The notes below the pieces were generated by a model. The model had not been told where the DNA came from and did not search any database. It worked only from the letters and a program-made list of their open reading frames with translations. A DNA stretch of 64,000 nt. Origin: Octopus vulgaris. Lineage: Eukaryota. The DNA lies in the NCBI GenBank assembly GCA_951406725.2, contig OX597826.1:34844001-34908000 (forward strand), written 5' to 3'. The position numbers were made by a program, and so were the translations under genes. Position 1 is the first letter of the stretch, and each line of letters starts with the position of its first letter. This document shows, in pieces, positions 37,220 to 52,728 of the stretch.

Positions 37220-38384
37220 ATATATCTGTCTGTATGTCAGTATGAAGGCACTGGATCAAGCTGAGGAAATAGCAGAAGACACTTGTTCAATTACTTCAGG
37301 GCAGAATCAAGCTGCGCCTAAAATATGTTTTCGACAGAAGAACTTCTTAAAGCACACGGCTATGCCTATTTCTATGTGGTAGTAAATATTTCACTCCTGC
37401 TGCTTTCTGTGACGTTTTCTTTTCTATCTGTCTTTGGTAGATTAGATAAAAATAATGACTTCATATTTATACATTGGAAACAATACTGACAATTGTAGCT
37501 TGCCTTAAATGGTCCATATTACCATTAACTTGGTGGCTTCCGTTGATGCCATTATAATATATTTGACGGTTTTCGTGTTCAGATGTTAACATATATAAGC
37601 GAAAATAGATAGAATAATCAAATATGTAACTTTTTTTTAGTAACATTCATTTTGATGCTATTCAGTAATATAACGTTGTGTCATTTTGGAGAAATAAAAC
37701 TGTAACTTGCATAAATGTAATAAAATAAACTTAGATGGACACTAGAGAAACATTCTGAATTCCATTTTTATTTATTATGTATAACTTTCTCCCTCAGCAG
37801 TAGTTTTGTTCGATGTTATTTGGTACAGTCTTAGAGTCAGCAATTCTAGTTGTTACTTTGCGTTACTCGTACACATTTCTAAGATATATACATAATTGTG
37901 TAATTCTTGCGATTTATTTATGACTGGTTTTGAAAGTAGGAAGGACATTTTAGTAGATCACAGAATACATGCTGCTTAATATACGTATTTATCATTGATA
38001 AAATATAAAACGAAATAAAATGTACATGTGCAAGTTGTCCACATGTATACAGATACACACATTGCACATGTATCATAAATCACACAGTAAAATGCTCTCA
38101 TGACAGTATCACTCAGTTAGATATGGCTTTACAGCAAGAATATTCTAAGACGATAATGTAACAACATATCAATATGAAAATAGACATAAGTATAAGACTA
38201 TGGTTAAAAATTGTGACCCACATAGAAAATAGCAGATCTATTGAAAATATTACAGTTACAAATGCAAGCACATTCGTTTACAATACAGCAATAACAGTTG
38301 TATGGCTAATGGAAATAGCATTAATATTTAGTGCATGGTATGTTAATGCTCGTGCGTATGCAGTAAATGAAAAAGAACAATATT

Positions 38385-38613
38385 ATTTTCTAGTCTAGGC
38401 ACAAGGCCCGAAATTATTAAGGCGGGGGGCCAGTCGATTAGATCGGCCCCAGTACGCAACTGGTACTTAGTTTATTGACTCCAGTACGCAACTGGTACTT
38501 AATTTATCGACCCCGAAAGTATGAAAGGCAACGACAACCTCGGTAGAATTTGAACTCACAACATATAGACATGAAATTCCGCTTAGCATTTTGCCCTGCC
38601 AGATTCCTACCTT
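38385..38613 (-). mobile_element. tRNA-derived SINE (dominant family) with internal ~32-bp duplication
   Basis: Standard tail CTAGGCACAAGGCCCGAAAT. CCAGTACGCAACTGGTACTTA occurs twice. Confidence 0.85.
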
Positions 38614-38881
38614 AAGGGGAAAATGATATTAGTAACTAACTGAATTCTCTTCTTTCTGATGAGAGAACTCTGGGTGGGTTTCAGTATAATGATGAGTTCA
38701 TAGCTACAGTATGGCTGCATAGTCTTTTAGTAGTTGTGTTGGATTAATTACAAATTAAATTACAAGATTGTACGTTAGTTTACTCACAGAAATAGAATTT
38801 TGTCTAAATATCTGAGGAGATTCGGTCTTTAATATATATATATATACACATATATATGTGTGTATGTGTTTGTGTATACTG

Positions 38882-38930
<49 letters not shown>

Positions 38931-40419
38931 ACTATACATATATAGATATATATATATTCAACTAAGTGTCCTTATTTTAATCGATATAGTATCAACGTTC
39001 CCACCATCGAGTACTCTAGTCCTCTTCAGATTCCTGGGGTAGGTTAATTGACAAATACTATAGTACCATTGGAACGAACTAAATGTTTACAAATGACACA
39101 ATTTGCTATCGTGGAGCGGGGTATTTTGTCCCTGAAGTGCACAATACGAAGAGAAGAATCTGAAGAAGTGAAGACATTTATTGGTCGCATATGAAAACCT
39201 TACTAAAACTACGTGTCATGCGTTTGTGACTCAGTTTTAATCGGCTGATGGTTTATTACACAGTATCATCATGATGAGAATAAACACGTCTTTAATCCGA
39301 GCCAATATGTATTTGTGTTAGCTTCAAACCTAGCAACCAATATATAATTGTATCAGCAAATGTTACTGTATTGTTCTATATTATTCATACCATCAAAATT
39401 TAGGTATTGCTTTTTGAAACGCAGCCCTGCAATTGTTCTTGGGAAATTTTCGATCATTATCTTTAGAATAAAACAGAATTTATCACTTTCGACTGATATC
39501 TTCATTTAACCGCTTGTTAATCACTTTACACCCTTTCTTTACAGCTATATTCCCAGTTCTATCAACGTATCATTTCCAACATTACACTGATATTGACTGA
39601 AGGTGTTAATGAAAAACGATAACTTCTTGCCATCATGCCAATTTAATATTTATCCTGTAAAATTCTCTTTCTGAATTAGCAGAAAACGGTAACTGTTCAG
39701 TAAAATCATTGTATTTTTCTATTAATAAATCTCATAGCTTGCTGCAGAGACGAAAACCTATTATTTTTACAAACTTTTGAAGCACCATGAAAACAGTTTA
39801 TTTGTAGCTGTATCTAATTCCTCTCTAGAATTCTGGACATTTAAAAATATTCGTGCCAGTAGAGAAAGCAGTATCCACGATGTTTACACATTCCTTAGAT
39901 TAATTATTAGGGAGATAATCTTAAAATTCATTACAGCAATGATTTTGAATATGTACACCTGATGAAAATCTTCGAAGCAAACCTTGTATAAGCGTACAAT
40001 TTCTCATATCTTGCCTTCCACAAATATTGCCATTTATTACCTGAGGTTTCACTATACCCTTTTTGTTTTCGTCTAGGCAATGTTTAATCCGCAACATTAT
40101 GATATGTTGAGTCTATTATTCATTTTTGCTTGATATGAACGTCTTACGTATTGGATACGTAGACTGCGATCATTTTAGAACACTCTTAGAATTTTAAATT
40201 GAAAACAAAATAAAGAAACAATATCATTATATTTGTTGGTCTCTTGAATCAGAGATTTGTAAATGTTTTAAAATGTCCACGACTTTAATAACAGAGATAA
40301 CGTATGATCTCTGAACTAAAATGTAAAATGTTTTTATAGAAGTCTTGATAGCCACATACAGAATGCTTGTAAAGTCAAAATCCAATGTAAATGGACAGTC
40401 GTTGATATTAAGCCAACAA

Positions 40420-43235
40420 ATATTGAGAAGACATAAATAGTGCGGAGATACACATACCATCGTATGCTATCTTCCGTACAGACAGAAGAAAAATAAGTCA
40501 CGGTGGAGTTGCAATGTACATCAGCGAAGATGTCCCACTATCAACCCTGTTATCGAACTCAAACACGGTGTGTGACACACTCATAGTACATCTAAAGTAA
40601 CTTGCTATAGTGATATGCACACTATATCGCCCACCTGATGCCTCAAATCATGATGGAAAATTGGAGGAAAGCCTTAGTGCGATAAAGGAAGTACTAACAC
40701 AATTGGATCAGCGTACTACTATGTTCCTGGTAGGTGACTGCAACTTCTCCAACATCAAGTGGCCTAAATGAAACATAACCCCAGGAATGACGCACAAAAG
40801 CGAAATAAAGCAGAATCTCAACTTGATCTTACGAAAATGCCATTCATGGAGTAGATCGTACTCTCTCCAACCAGGCACAAAAATATCCCGGATCTCTGCT
40901 TTACAAACAATGTGAAAATTATCCACAACGTAAATATATCACCGATAATATTCTCAGACCATTACTTGGTAGAACTGACAATGTATGACCCAGAATTAAC
41001 TAAAGCTAAACTCCACACAGACGGAGCTCCAAACCTATCCAGTCGAAATTTCTATAAGGTATGCTGGAAATCACTTGAAAAAGAAATACTTCAACAGGAC
41101 TGGCCTAAATTCCTCTCTATGCAAGGCACAGATATGAAACTCAATAAATTCACGTCAATAATGAGAGCCATACGCATTTAATATGTCCCAGAGAAGAGAG
41201 CCAATAGACACGAAAACATCATTCCCTGAGACAGAAGACTACTAATGCGGCGGAGAATAAAGATCTTGAATCGTTTAAATAAACTCCTCAATGACTGTGT
41301 GAAATCCCACCTGACAGAGGAACTTTCGAGATAGAAAATAAACTCATAATTTTCCATGATAAAGAAATAGAAGAAAGAGAAACCTGGGCAGTCTAAAATA
41401 TAAAAAGAAATCCTATAGCTTTCTACACGCTCTAAGGCAGGGTTAATATTTGGTAAAAACGGCTCACTAACTGCAGATCTGGGGAAGATAAATGAAGCAC
41501 TAAATAAACAATTGCGAAGTGCTTTCACTTCTCCACTGGAAAATATGCAAATAAACAAGTCTGAGGAGTTTTTCAATGTAACGAATCTATTCGGAAAAGA
41601 GGCTACCATCGATATCATCAATCTAAAAGAATCGGCCATTGAAGAGATGAGATCAAACTCAGCACCAAGCCCAGATGGACTTCCGACTGTTCTCTTAAAG
41701 ACATGTAAAGAGGCTCTTGCAAAGTCACTGCAGATACTTTTCAGAGTTTCCTTGCATATGGTAAACTTCCCAACGTGCTAAAAGAAGGTGTAATATGCCT
41801 TGTTCATTAAGGAGGGGCAGGCAGATGCTAAAATCTGCAGGCCCATCGCTCTGACCTCACATGTTAGCAAGACAATGAAACGCATTGTCAGAAAAAGGCT
41901 GATCACGTTCCTAGAAGAAACTAACCTTCTCACAAACATGCAACATGGCTTCCGTCCAGGGAGGAGCTGCCCCATGCAGTTGCTGCAGCACTTTGACTGG
42001 GCACTGAAAAAATAGCTAAACCAGTCAGCTGTAGACGTGATATAATTTGACTTTACCAAGGCCTTCGACAAGGTTGATCATGGCATGATATGTCACAAAC
42101 TACGAAACCTTGGTATTACTGGGAAACTGGGAGAGTGGCTGCATGAGTTTCTGAAGGGCAGGAGTCAGACACTTGTAGCCAATGGTGCTCACTCTGAAGA
42201 GACACCAATTATCAATGGGGTCCCACAGGGAACTGTACTGGGGCCACTACTATTTGTGGTAGCCCTGTCAGACATAACCTCCGTGATACAGTCAGCCAAG
42301 CTGACCAGTCATGCTGACGGCATGAAAGTATCGCAGGCAGTTAGGAACCAAGAGGGTTCCTAAAAGTGCAGAAAAATCTGAATGAAATATACAAATGTGC
42401 TAACAAGAATAACAGACAGTTCAACGCTATGACATTTCAGGCACTCTACTATCGGTCCAACACCAGGCTAAAATCGGAATGCACTGGACCAGAAAGTAAT
42501 ACAATTCCAGAGCCAGAGTCGTGTGTGACCTGGGGGATCAAATGAGCAAAGATGCAACATACCATGTGCATATTACTAAAATGGCAACACCGTACAGGCG
42601 AGTGACTGGTTGTATGCTGAGGACATTCAGAACCAGGAAAAAGGAGGCCTTACTACTCCTATAATGGACTTTCGTTTTCAGCCGCTTGGACTACTGCTCC
42701 CAACTATGGTCCCCAGAGAGTGTGAAACAAACTGAAACTCGAAGAAATCCAGCGCCAATACACAAAGAAGATTGACTTGATGCAAAAGATGGGCGACCGG
42801 GAGAGGCTAAAGGAGGTGAGTTTCTATTCCCGGGAGAGAAGACGAGATAGATATGCGGTGATATATATTTGGAATATCTTGGCGGATTTAGCTCCCAATT
42901 TTGGAATTGACAGCTATACTAATCCTCGAACTGGACGGGACTGCATCATACGAAAGAGCCCGTCTTCCCTATCTAAAATGAGGACACAGTACTGCAATTG
43001 TCTGAGTTTCAAGGGCCCGTAATTTTTCAACATTCTGCTAAGAAAATGGTGCTGATTTGAAAGTTTCCAAGGAACGTCTAGACTGGATTCTATCTGAAAT
43101 ACCAGGCAGGAGATACAAAGAAGAGCAGTTCCGTGCAACTCGCTACTTCACCAAAAACAATAACGGAAACAACACCGAGTAACTACAGGATGGTGCACCA
43201 GCATGACCTCAGCCACGGGCTGAAACTAGTTAAGA
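40420..43235 (+). mobile_element. Degenerate near-complete CR1-type ORF2 (AP endonuclease plus RT) with 3' UTR
   Basis: IFRTDR..GGVAMYI, LYRPP, GDCN, SDH, APSPDG, RPIALTS, QHGFRPGRSC, DFTKAFDKVDH, GVPQGTVLGPLLF, LDYCSQLWSP, RERRRDRY. Many stops and frameshifts. Confidence 0.92.
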
Positions 43236-45399
43236 ACTAAAGAGTAAACAAATAGGCGAGAGCGAATCATTATCATTTGACGCTTCTTACATCGTACGAA
43301 TTTACAAATTTCGAAAGGGAGTAGTGGAACAATTTATTTATTGTCTTTTTTTCAACAATGGAGCTCGAAATAGATATGGCTATAATTAACAGTGTGTAAA
43401 GATAGGGTTAAAAAAGAAGCATTTGGCTAGAAAATAATCAAAGTCTGCCCGTATGTTCATAGATGTTTGTTTGTGTCCTTTAGACAGCCTTGAGAGTTTT
43501 CGGAAGCTTTTTAAGGCAATAAATACACGCTATTATTTGTAGCTGCATCTACTTCGTTAGCAACGAATTATTGCATTATCATTGGATGTTTCTTTCCCAG
43601 TAGCAGAACGGGTCTCTCTCCTTCTCCTTCTCTCTCACTCACTCTCTCTGTAACAGCCAAATCATGTTTGGATTAATTTTAAAGTTTGTTTTCTTTCAGT
43701 AGTGTCTTTGTACATCTTTGATCATGTGCATCCAGTAAAATTGGCGAAGGAAGAGTTTTACTTGTCAGAAGTAGAACACGAATACGGGCAGCCATATTGT
43801 ATTTATCTAGAAATCTTTTCGTGTTAATGGAACCATTGTTAGGGACATCGCCATTTACCTCAATAAAAATGTATAAATCTTGTGCTAAAGAATGATTACG
43901 CAATATTCTAAAGCATAGTGGAATCAGTTTTCTAGTAATTTTTGTTTTTCTTATTCTAAATATTATTCTAAACATTATATTCTGTGGGAATTTGGCCAAC
44001 TTTATTATACAAATTGAATATTCTTTTATTCTCAGAAAAGGAGCTTTAATACTTGCTAGTTTCTCAAGATTTTATTCATTTAATGCAAATTTGATGAAGA
44101 AGCACGTTCTTTCAAGGAAGCAGGTGCTTGCCTTTAATTTATTTATGTCGTTCGCAGTTCCCATGATAGAGCCGCCCTGTAGCATTCACGTTATTTATCG
44201 TAAAGATGGCTACTAATTATCTTTAGGTTTGTTCGACAATCAATAAATTTCATATGGCTAATGGTGATATTGCAGTTGTGCAGCTTATAATTATCTTATT
44301 TATGACTTTCATTGAAGTATTTTCCTAGCCGCAGATGATAAATAATATAGCTGATTTGATCCTGAATAAACCTGCACTTAAATCATTTAATATGGATTAG
44401 GCGCTTCTTATTGTCTAGCTGAACAACACATATCTTTATGCTAATTTATGAACTTTCTAATCTTAATCTTAGCTAATTACCAAATGAAAGAATTATGATA
44501 CCACAATATTTTACATCGACGCAGGTTTCCTGGGAGATATTTGTTTTTGCGTAAATCCTTTGGCAAGATCAAATAGAGTAATTACTCTCTTCTGTTACTT
44601 ATCTTCATTAATTCCAAAGTTTAGAACACGTGTTGATATGGGCAATCCACTCCTCTGAACTCACAGTTACAAATCAGAACACTCTGGACAATTATGCGAT
44701 ACCTTGAGAAAAGAATCTTATTGTAATATTAAGCTATCAACTATTTAAAATGTCTGTTGGCTAAATTCATTAAATTAATCCTTACTTCAGCGTGAAATTT
44801 GCTATCAGCATTTTATGTTAACTTGTTATATTGCTCATTGTTGAATTTAAGAGAGAAAATGATACTAAATTACGCAATATACTTCAGCTGTTTATGGGCA
44901 AAGTGACAGAAACTTCACCGTTGCTTCAAGGAATTCAATCCTCAAGATCAGTAACAATGTGTATCGTTAAATGCACTTAAGAATTTAATGCCCAGATTTC
45001 TTTCAGTCAATAATTCTCGGAATTGTTAACTTCAGCAGTGTTTTAAGATATGCCGCTTCAGGTTTGTTCAAATAAATTATTTTATTTTTTTTCTCCTTCT
45101 CCAGTTTTGTTTCGCAATATGACTGATTTACTTAAAGGTAAAAAGCTCAACGCTTGCTAATTTAAGATATGAAGTTTGTTCAGTTAATTTTCTGAGTTTT
45201 ACAGTTGATATTCTCCAAATCACAGGAGTATCAGAATATTGACGAAACAGTAATTCACCTCATTATTAGCAAGATGAATTCACTTAATCCCTATAATTAC
45301 CATATTTACAATTTTATTGAAGTAGTTCCCCGATGGTATATGATAATTGATAAACACCGCTTAGCATCGGCGCTACATACATGATAATACTACAAAGAG

Positions 45400-45510
45400 A
45401 ATGAGCAGGAGCAAGAAGAGCAAGAGGAGCAGCAGAGGGAGGAGAATGGGTTGAGGAGGAGGAAGAGGGTTGAGGAGGAGGAAGTGGAGTTTGAGGAGGA
45501 GAGGAGTGGA
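45400..45510. repeat. (GAG)-rich purine tract
   Basis: Direct reading. Confidence 0.8.
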
Positions 45511-47901
45511 TGTGGGACCATCGATAACTGGAGAAGATGAGATCTATTCAGTTCTTCGTATCGATAAACAACAAAAGCAGCTGCAGGGCTAATTCTGCTT
45601 AATGCAGCGGCCAGATATCGTCAAATTAAAGTCACACCCGTCCATAACATATACACTGTTTTATGCATCTCCAGACAAATCGGGAAACAATAAAAGACAA
45701 GATGGCTGTCCTTTCTGTAATGGATTTTCTCAAAGATCTACTCCATCAATATGAAGCCAGGGTTAATCAGCAGTCACAGACTTGTCGTGAAATGGGACAC
45801 AGTTATTTTATACCCCTGTGAATTTTACATACCGGTAACGAGAACTGTTAACACTAGCATCTAAAAACTCGTAAAACACAACATACTTTCTTTAAAAGTG
45901 AAAAATGAACTGTACAAATTTGTCACAAGTATATACAAAGAGGAGATGGGCATAGCTGGAAGGCTTGTGACCGTAGATTTGCCAAATCAGTGCTGTCTTT
46001 ACTTCTGACCTTGCTAATCAATAATAAGTTTATTTTAAACGACCAACTTTGTTTGAACTCTTAACACTGATTAGATATCGTATTCGTTTTAACAACGGTT
46101 GTTCTTCATCTTTCTGACGTTTACATAAGCGTTTTATTTATTTTGAAGAATTTCAATAAAAATATTTGAAATTGTTTTCAATATATGACACCACAACACC
46201 GTGAGAGAATTAGCATAAGTTCTTGCGAAACGAACTGATGATCGTACTGTTTTCATTTACGACCATCTCCATTTTCTATTCAAAATTAGAAGAGTTTAAG
46301 CTTGACTTTTCTATCTGGGGGAGTGAGTACAATAAATTGAAAGACCGCTAATATATTAAATGTGGTTTTATATATGATATCACTCCCCGTAGTGCAATTA
46401 CTTTTATAACATTGTGATTAAATTAATGTATGATTCTAAAATGTTTAACCATTGCGTATAGCTAACACAAACTACTTTGCTTTCATGGAAGAAATCCAAT
46501 TGTTTCATATTTCCTAAATATACAAACATGCACAATACCAACAAAGAAAATGATTTAGCAATTGAATATTGCATTTAGTGTTTTTCTTCATATTTTACGG
46601 AGTAAATATACAAGATTGACTCTGTTTTAATGTATAAATTGTTATTATAATACATGTTGACAATCTCAAATCCTGTATCATGGAATACGAAAGCATATTG
46701 TCTTTTCCCTGGAGCGTTACTCATGTGCATGCCATTGCAAATATTGACTACCTTCTCCTCTATTGCTCACTCATCCCCAAAGATATTCCATCAGTGATGC
46801 TGTTTGTGTTATCTTATTTCTCTCTCCAGCAGGCTCAGGTAGCTGTGGCGATAGTGGAAATGTTTTAGCAGTGTTGAGTGGCATACATGACAGTAATTTC
46901 AGTTGCTATCATGAAACTCCACCTCTTCAGTCGGATTCTAATTATATGACAAGCTTTATTTGATCCTAACAGACAGAATGCCACATTCAAAACATCAGTT
47001 TTGTTTCAGCCCGGTTAAACATTAGACGTTTGTCTCCGGTTTTCTGATATTTTATTCTGCAATGTTTTGCATGATGTTGCATGAATGTGTGCAGCAAATA
47101 GATGTAGAATCTCTTAAGGATAATAGAAAGAAATAGAAGTAAAGAAAACAACTATTATTACCAATAATGCAGACGTAATTATTACAGAAACTTGATAAGG
47201 TCCTGCTGACACGGCATCTAACAGTGGAAGCTAACATGGTATATTACGTAAAAGCAAAACCATAGTGGAATCGTATATATCGTTAAACTACCTGCTCAAT
47301 GCAATTGTACAATAGCAGTCAGAATATATATACCACATAGTTTACCTCTAAATCTCAGGATAGCATGCTGAAGAATAAGTTTTAGATAGTTGTAGCCTCA
47401 ATGAAGATTAATAAATTTACATTTCATTAACGGCAGTGCAATATTTCTCGGTAAAACCACTTAACATGCAATGGTCCATTTTCTCTATTGGGGTGGAGCA
47501 CACTGTGAGCAATCGGAAAGCTAACATTATTATTATTATTATTTGATATGAGGTACGAATCGCACCCCATGCACACTGACTGATGTTTGAGATGTGAACA
47601 AGCACTCTGCTATTATATGTCGGCAATCAGTGACGTAGTCATCTCTCATGAAGTAGTTGGTCGAAGCTATTTTAACTGAACACTATTTTATATCTCCACA
47701 TTAGATCTCTCTCACGCTTTCTCTCTCTCTCCCTCTCTCTCTCACTCTCTCTCTCACTTTCTCTGTTTCTTTTTCTACATAAATATGTGTGGGCGTATGT
47801 GTATTAATCTATCAATGTAATACTCCGCGATGTACACGGCAAATCAACTGGTATTTCACTTATCCAGTATGTCGAATACTTATTAACAATGTGTGTGTAT
47901 G

Positions 47902-47984
<83 letters not shown>

Positions 47985-48174
47985 GAACAGCTAAGCAACG
48001 GGGATGGAAACACTAGCATCAGTTGTCAAACGATGGTGGGCGGACAGACACACAAACATATACACACAAATATACATACATACCTACATATATATATATA
48101 TATATACGACGGGTTTCTTCCAGTATCCATGTACCAAATGTCCGAGGCTATGTGGTTGGGAAACAAGCTTCTTA

Positions 48175-48405
48175 TCTCTTTATTGCCCCCAAGGAGCTAA
48201 ACATAGATGGGACAAACAAGGAAAGACAAAGTGATTAAGTCGATTACATCGACCCCAGTGCGTAACTGGTACTTAATTTATCGACCCCGAAAGGATGAAA
48301 GGCAAAGTTGACCTCGGCGGAATTTGAACTCCGAACATAAAGACAGACGAAATACCGCTAAGCATTTCGCCCGGCGTACTAACGCTTCTGCCAAATCACC
48401 GCCCT
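48175..48405 (-). mobile_element. Monomeric SINE with alternative tail, nested in an older SINE head
   Basis: Perfect 15-bp TSD GAAACAAGCTTCTTA (48160-48174, 48406-48420). The flanks rejoin to TGTGGTTGGGAAACAAGCTTCTTACCACACAGCCACACC. Confidence 0.92.
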
Positions 48406-49019
48406 GAAACAAGCTTCTTACCACACAGCCACACCTACGTCCATGTCTATATTATCCGATGTAATATTTCAGTTTTCTAGGAATTCAGTGTGGGATCTGC
48501 CAGATATTTGGAGGCTATTGTTCTTGAGTCATTTACGACTAATTTGTGTGTTTAATTTCTGTATAGAGTCTTGTAGCAAGAATCGCGACCGGAACCTTGA
48601 CTGCGAAATAACGATACTAATTAGTCATTTTATTGAAGCAGGCAATTCATATATCAAAAATGGTAGTTTAGAATATATGGAATCAGAAAATACTAAGAAT
48701 ATACGTAAGAAATAATTGCATATCTTGTGAAACATGGTGATAGTTATTATTATTATTATTATTCTCTTTTTCATTCTGCAGTGGTGATGAGTGATGGAAT
48801 AATAATTCTTAATTGCTATATTACTGAGGCAAGTTCTGGTTGAAATGTATTTTAGCTAGCATCCCATGGCAACAGCAGGTTATAAAGCTAATAAGAAAAT
48901 TCTCACTCCGACAGCGGTGCGTATAACAAGATTACATGTATCATTAAATCTTGCCATTCCAATCCCTTTCCATGACTAATCGTTTGCAGATAGATATAGA
49001 GGGACAGACAGAAATACGA

Positions 49020-49092
<73 letters not shown>

Positions 49093-49100
49093 GATAGATT

Positions 49101-49172
<72 letters not shown>

Positions 49173-49235
49173 TATACATACATACATACATACATAACTG
49201 GATGTAGAGGTAACTGGATAAATACACACACACAC

Positions 49236-49298
<63 letters not shown>

Positions 49299-49471
49299 AT
49301 ATATATATACATACATAAATGACACATGAAGTCAAATATACATACATATTGTACTTTCCCTGGGTGCGTAAGTTTGAACAATATACTGACGCGTAAGAAG
49401 TGCTATACATACGCTTAATCTCCCTACTACCAAGTAACACAAACGCACATATATGTGTGTGCGTGAACCTG

Positions 49472-49506
<35 letters not shown>

Positions 49507-49523
49507 CTCTATCTCTCTCTCTA

Positions 49524-49578
<55 letters not shown>

Positions 49579-49974
49579 GTATGAGTGTAAGTCCGTGTGT
49601 GTCTGTGTCTGTGTAAGTGCGTATGTATGTATTTGTATATATAGCTGTACATCGTATTTCTAGTCTTCAGAGAAGATACTACCACGTTTCACATGTGCAG
49701 CCATTGCAATCCTTGCAATTATCCCGATGCCTTTGTAATATATTAGTGCAACAGTCCCAGACATGCTGTCAGAGAATATGCCATTCTATTATTTCTTTTA
49801 CAATTTTGCAATATCCTGTTTGGCAATTTATTCTTGAATACATATATTTGATATATGCACATATGCAATTACTTCTAGGACTATATGCGCGTATGTACAT
49901 AGCTATGTATGTATGAAGCGTGCTTGCATTTTCATACATTTACATGTGAGAATGGACGACAGTTTAGAAATTCT

Positions 49975-50061
<87 letters not shown>

Positions 50062-50291
50062 GGAATAATTTACACAAGGAATAGATTGAGAGTCTTTTCG
50101 AAATTTGTGCTTTCCCACCTTTATTGGAACGTTTAGAGTGAGCAAGGTGAAACCTCGAAGTCACTGTGAGCACTTTCACTATCGATATTAATATGTACTC
50201 TAATAAAATGTAGTGAGTAATTATTCAGTTTGATGTTCAATAATTTTTATATGGAAGCTGAGAGAAAAGCCAAAATTAATCTCTCACTCTC

Positions 50292-50356
<65 letters not shown>

Positions 50357-50488
50357 GCATACATACATACATACATACATACATACATACATACATACAT
50401 ACATACATACATACATAATTGTTAAACAGGACAACAAACGTTAAGGCAACAGAAACATCTCAAGTTATTATCATCGGAAGGAATTCAA

Positions 50489-50541
50489 AGTCTTACAGCT
50501 GTTTCTGGGATATCCCAGAATATGGGACATTCCGTCATCAC
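50489..50541 (-). ncRNA. Degenerate hammerhead-like motif upstream of, and inverted to, the Penelope RT
   Basis: Minus strand GTGATGA-C-GGAATGTCCCA(TATTC)TGGGATATCC-CA-GAAA-CAGCTG-TA-AGAC. C3 and the 5' strand of helix I are lost. Confidence 0.5.
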
Positions 50542-50560
50542 CTGTGAACTAAACCCCCAT

Positions 50561-50598
<38 letters not shown>

Positions 50599-50689
50599 TG
50601 TATTTATATATGTATGTATTTATGTATGTATGTATGCATGTATATATTCAATTCTGGCTAGAGAACTATGCCAATGAACTCACACATTG

Positions 50690-51460
50690 CATAAAAAAAA
50701 ATCGTAATAGAGAGGCTAAAATTCATCTTCGAGAATAAATACTTTGTCTTCAAAGACAACTTTTATCGAGAAAACTAGGTGATTGCGATGGGAATGAGAA
50801 TGGACCGCTCCTTTGCTAACCTATTTATGGGATATCTAGAAATCAGACTGTGTTACAAGGTACTAGAAAAATACGGCAACCCATTCTATCTCTACATAGA
50901 AAATAACTGGAAGAGGTACCTGGATAACTATTTCATTCTTTGGCATGAAAGTATAGAGAGACTTAAAGAATTTCAACCACTTATAAATGGACTTGACGTA
51001 AACATTTAATTCACGATGGAATATAGCCATCAACGAAATAGAAACAGATGTAAACTATAAACCCACGGACTCCAAGCAATATCCCGTTCAACCTAGGAAA
51101 ACGGATTTGTACTATAGTTTCTAATACAAGCACCAGGGACACGCGATTACATGAACTAAAGGATACACTCATCTCCAGGAACTAGCCACCATCACTAATT
51201 GATATATGCTTTCAACGTGCCCTACAGCTCAACATCCACGAACTCAGACATCCCAAATTAAAGAAGGATTTACAACCAAAAGCCGTACCGTACATCACAG
51301 ACAACACTCTTAACAATGAAGCCTTCAACACTATCCTCCAAAACATTCCCCTACTAAAAAGAGACTACAGAATGAATTTCATCCATCATACAGAGCAAAA
51401 GACAGACCAAATCTGTGAAAAGTCTCCTGACACAAGCCCGAATACGCTTAACAACCTCCT
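50690..51460 (+). mobile_element. Penelope-like element reverse transcriptase remnant
   Basis: IFENKYFVFKDNFY, IAMGMRMDRSFANLFMGYLE, WKRYLDNYFILW, I*FTMEYS, ETDVNYKPTDSKQY. Confidence 0.9.
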
Positions 51461-51462
51461 AC

Positions 51463-51542
<80 letters not shown>

Positions 51543-52642
51543 TAAAGAATATATAAAAATTAGTTACATAGAGAGAGAGAGAGAGAGAGAGAAAGAGGTA
51601 AAATTATATAAATATACTTATATGTTTGTACATAAATATCCATATATAATTACTGTTATTTTTATATTTGCATGCCTTGTTAATATTTTGAATTAGCAAT
51701 TAAGATCCATATTGTGTTATATTATTTATGTACATGCCATTGCCAGAAACTAGAAATATTTCTGCTCTACCCATTTAAGATGCCATTTAAAATACCCTAT
51801 CAGTTTTTTGTAATGCTTGTATCTCCAATGCCGCATCCAGATGTCTATTTTCCCCTGAAGAGAATAAAAACCTTTCATTCATTAAGCCTTAAGTAATTAA
51901 TTCATTTTATGGCATTAGAATTGCTAAATAATTTTGGTATTACCATAGTTACCACTTCTATAAACCTGTTTGATTATCTTGGCACCATCAGCGATAAATT
52001 TTTACTTATCGATTCCCGGATACTTATTAATGAATTAACCACTTCGAGTTGTTTGGATTCTGTAGATGTAGAGTTTGTTCCTGAAGAAAATTTCGACTCT
52101 GTTTTGTATTAGGAATATGTTCGCATTATTCGTAGACAAAACATAGTAAATATTATCCAGACAATAAGACCAAAACGATACATTTTCAATAGAACTAACG
52201 AGAATCATATTCTGTTCAGTTGCTTTGTGCTAAATGAACTCATCAATCTTGCCAAGGACGTTGTAAATGAGGAATATGTAAATGGAATTACGCAGCATTG
52301 GTAATTATATTTTGTATGTCTAACACAGAATCCATTTCTTTAGATTGCAAATTACAAAAAGGAATCCATTGTCTTCCCAAATAACATATGGAAAGAAATA
52401 TAATGCAAAACAGGAATACATTAACACACACACACACACTCACACACACACATGTATATACCTGCAAATTTGGAGTCGAAGAACACAGAACAACAAAAAG
52501 CTGTTCAAAAACCTGGTAAAAACCTGGTTACTTCTTGCACACACATCCATTTATATGCCTGCATATGTATGCGTGTGCGTCCGTGCATGTATGTGTGCGT
52601 GCGTCTGTGTGCACGTGTATGTGTGTGTTTGTATATATATAC

Positions 52643-52680
<38 letters not shown>

Positions 52681-52689
52681 GTATACGTA

Positions 52690-52728
<39 letters not shown>

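Noticed and set aside
48765-48835. 47-bp plus-strand exon (TTCTGCAG| ... GAG|GCAAGT)
   Set aside because: It needs a GC donor, encodes no recognisable peptide and has no partner exons. Such matches are expected by chance in 64 kb.
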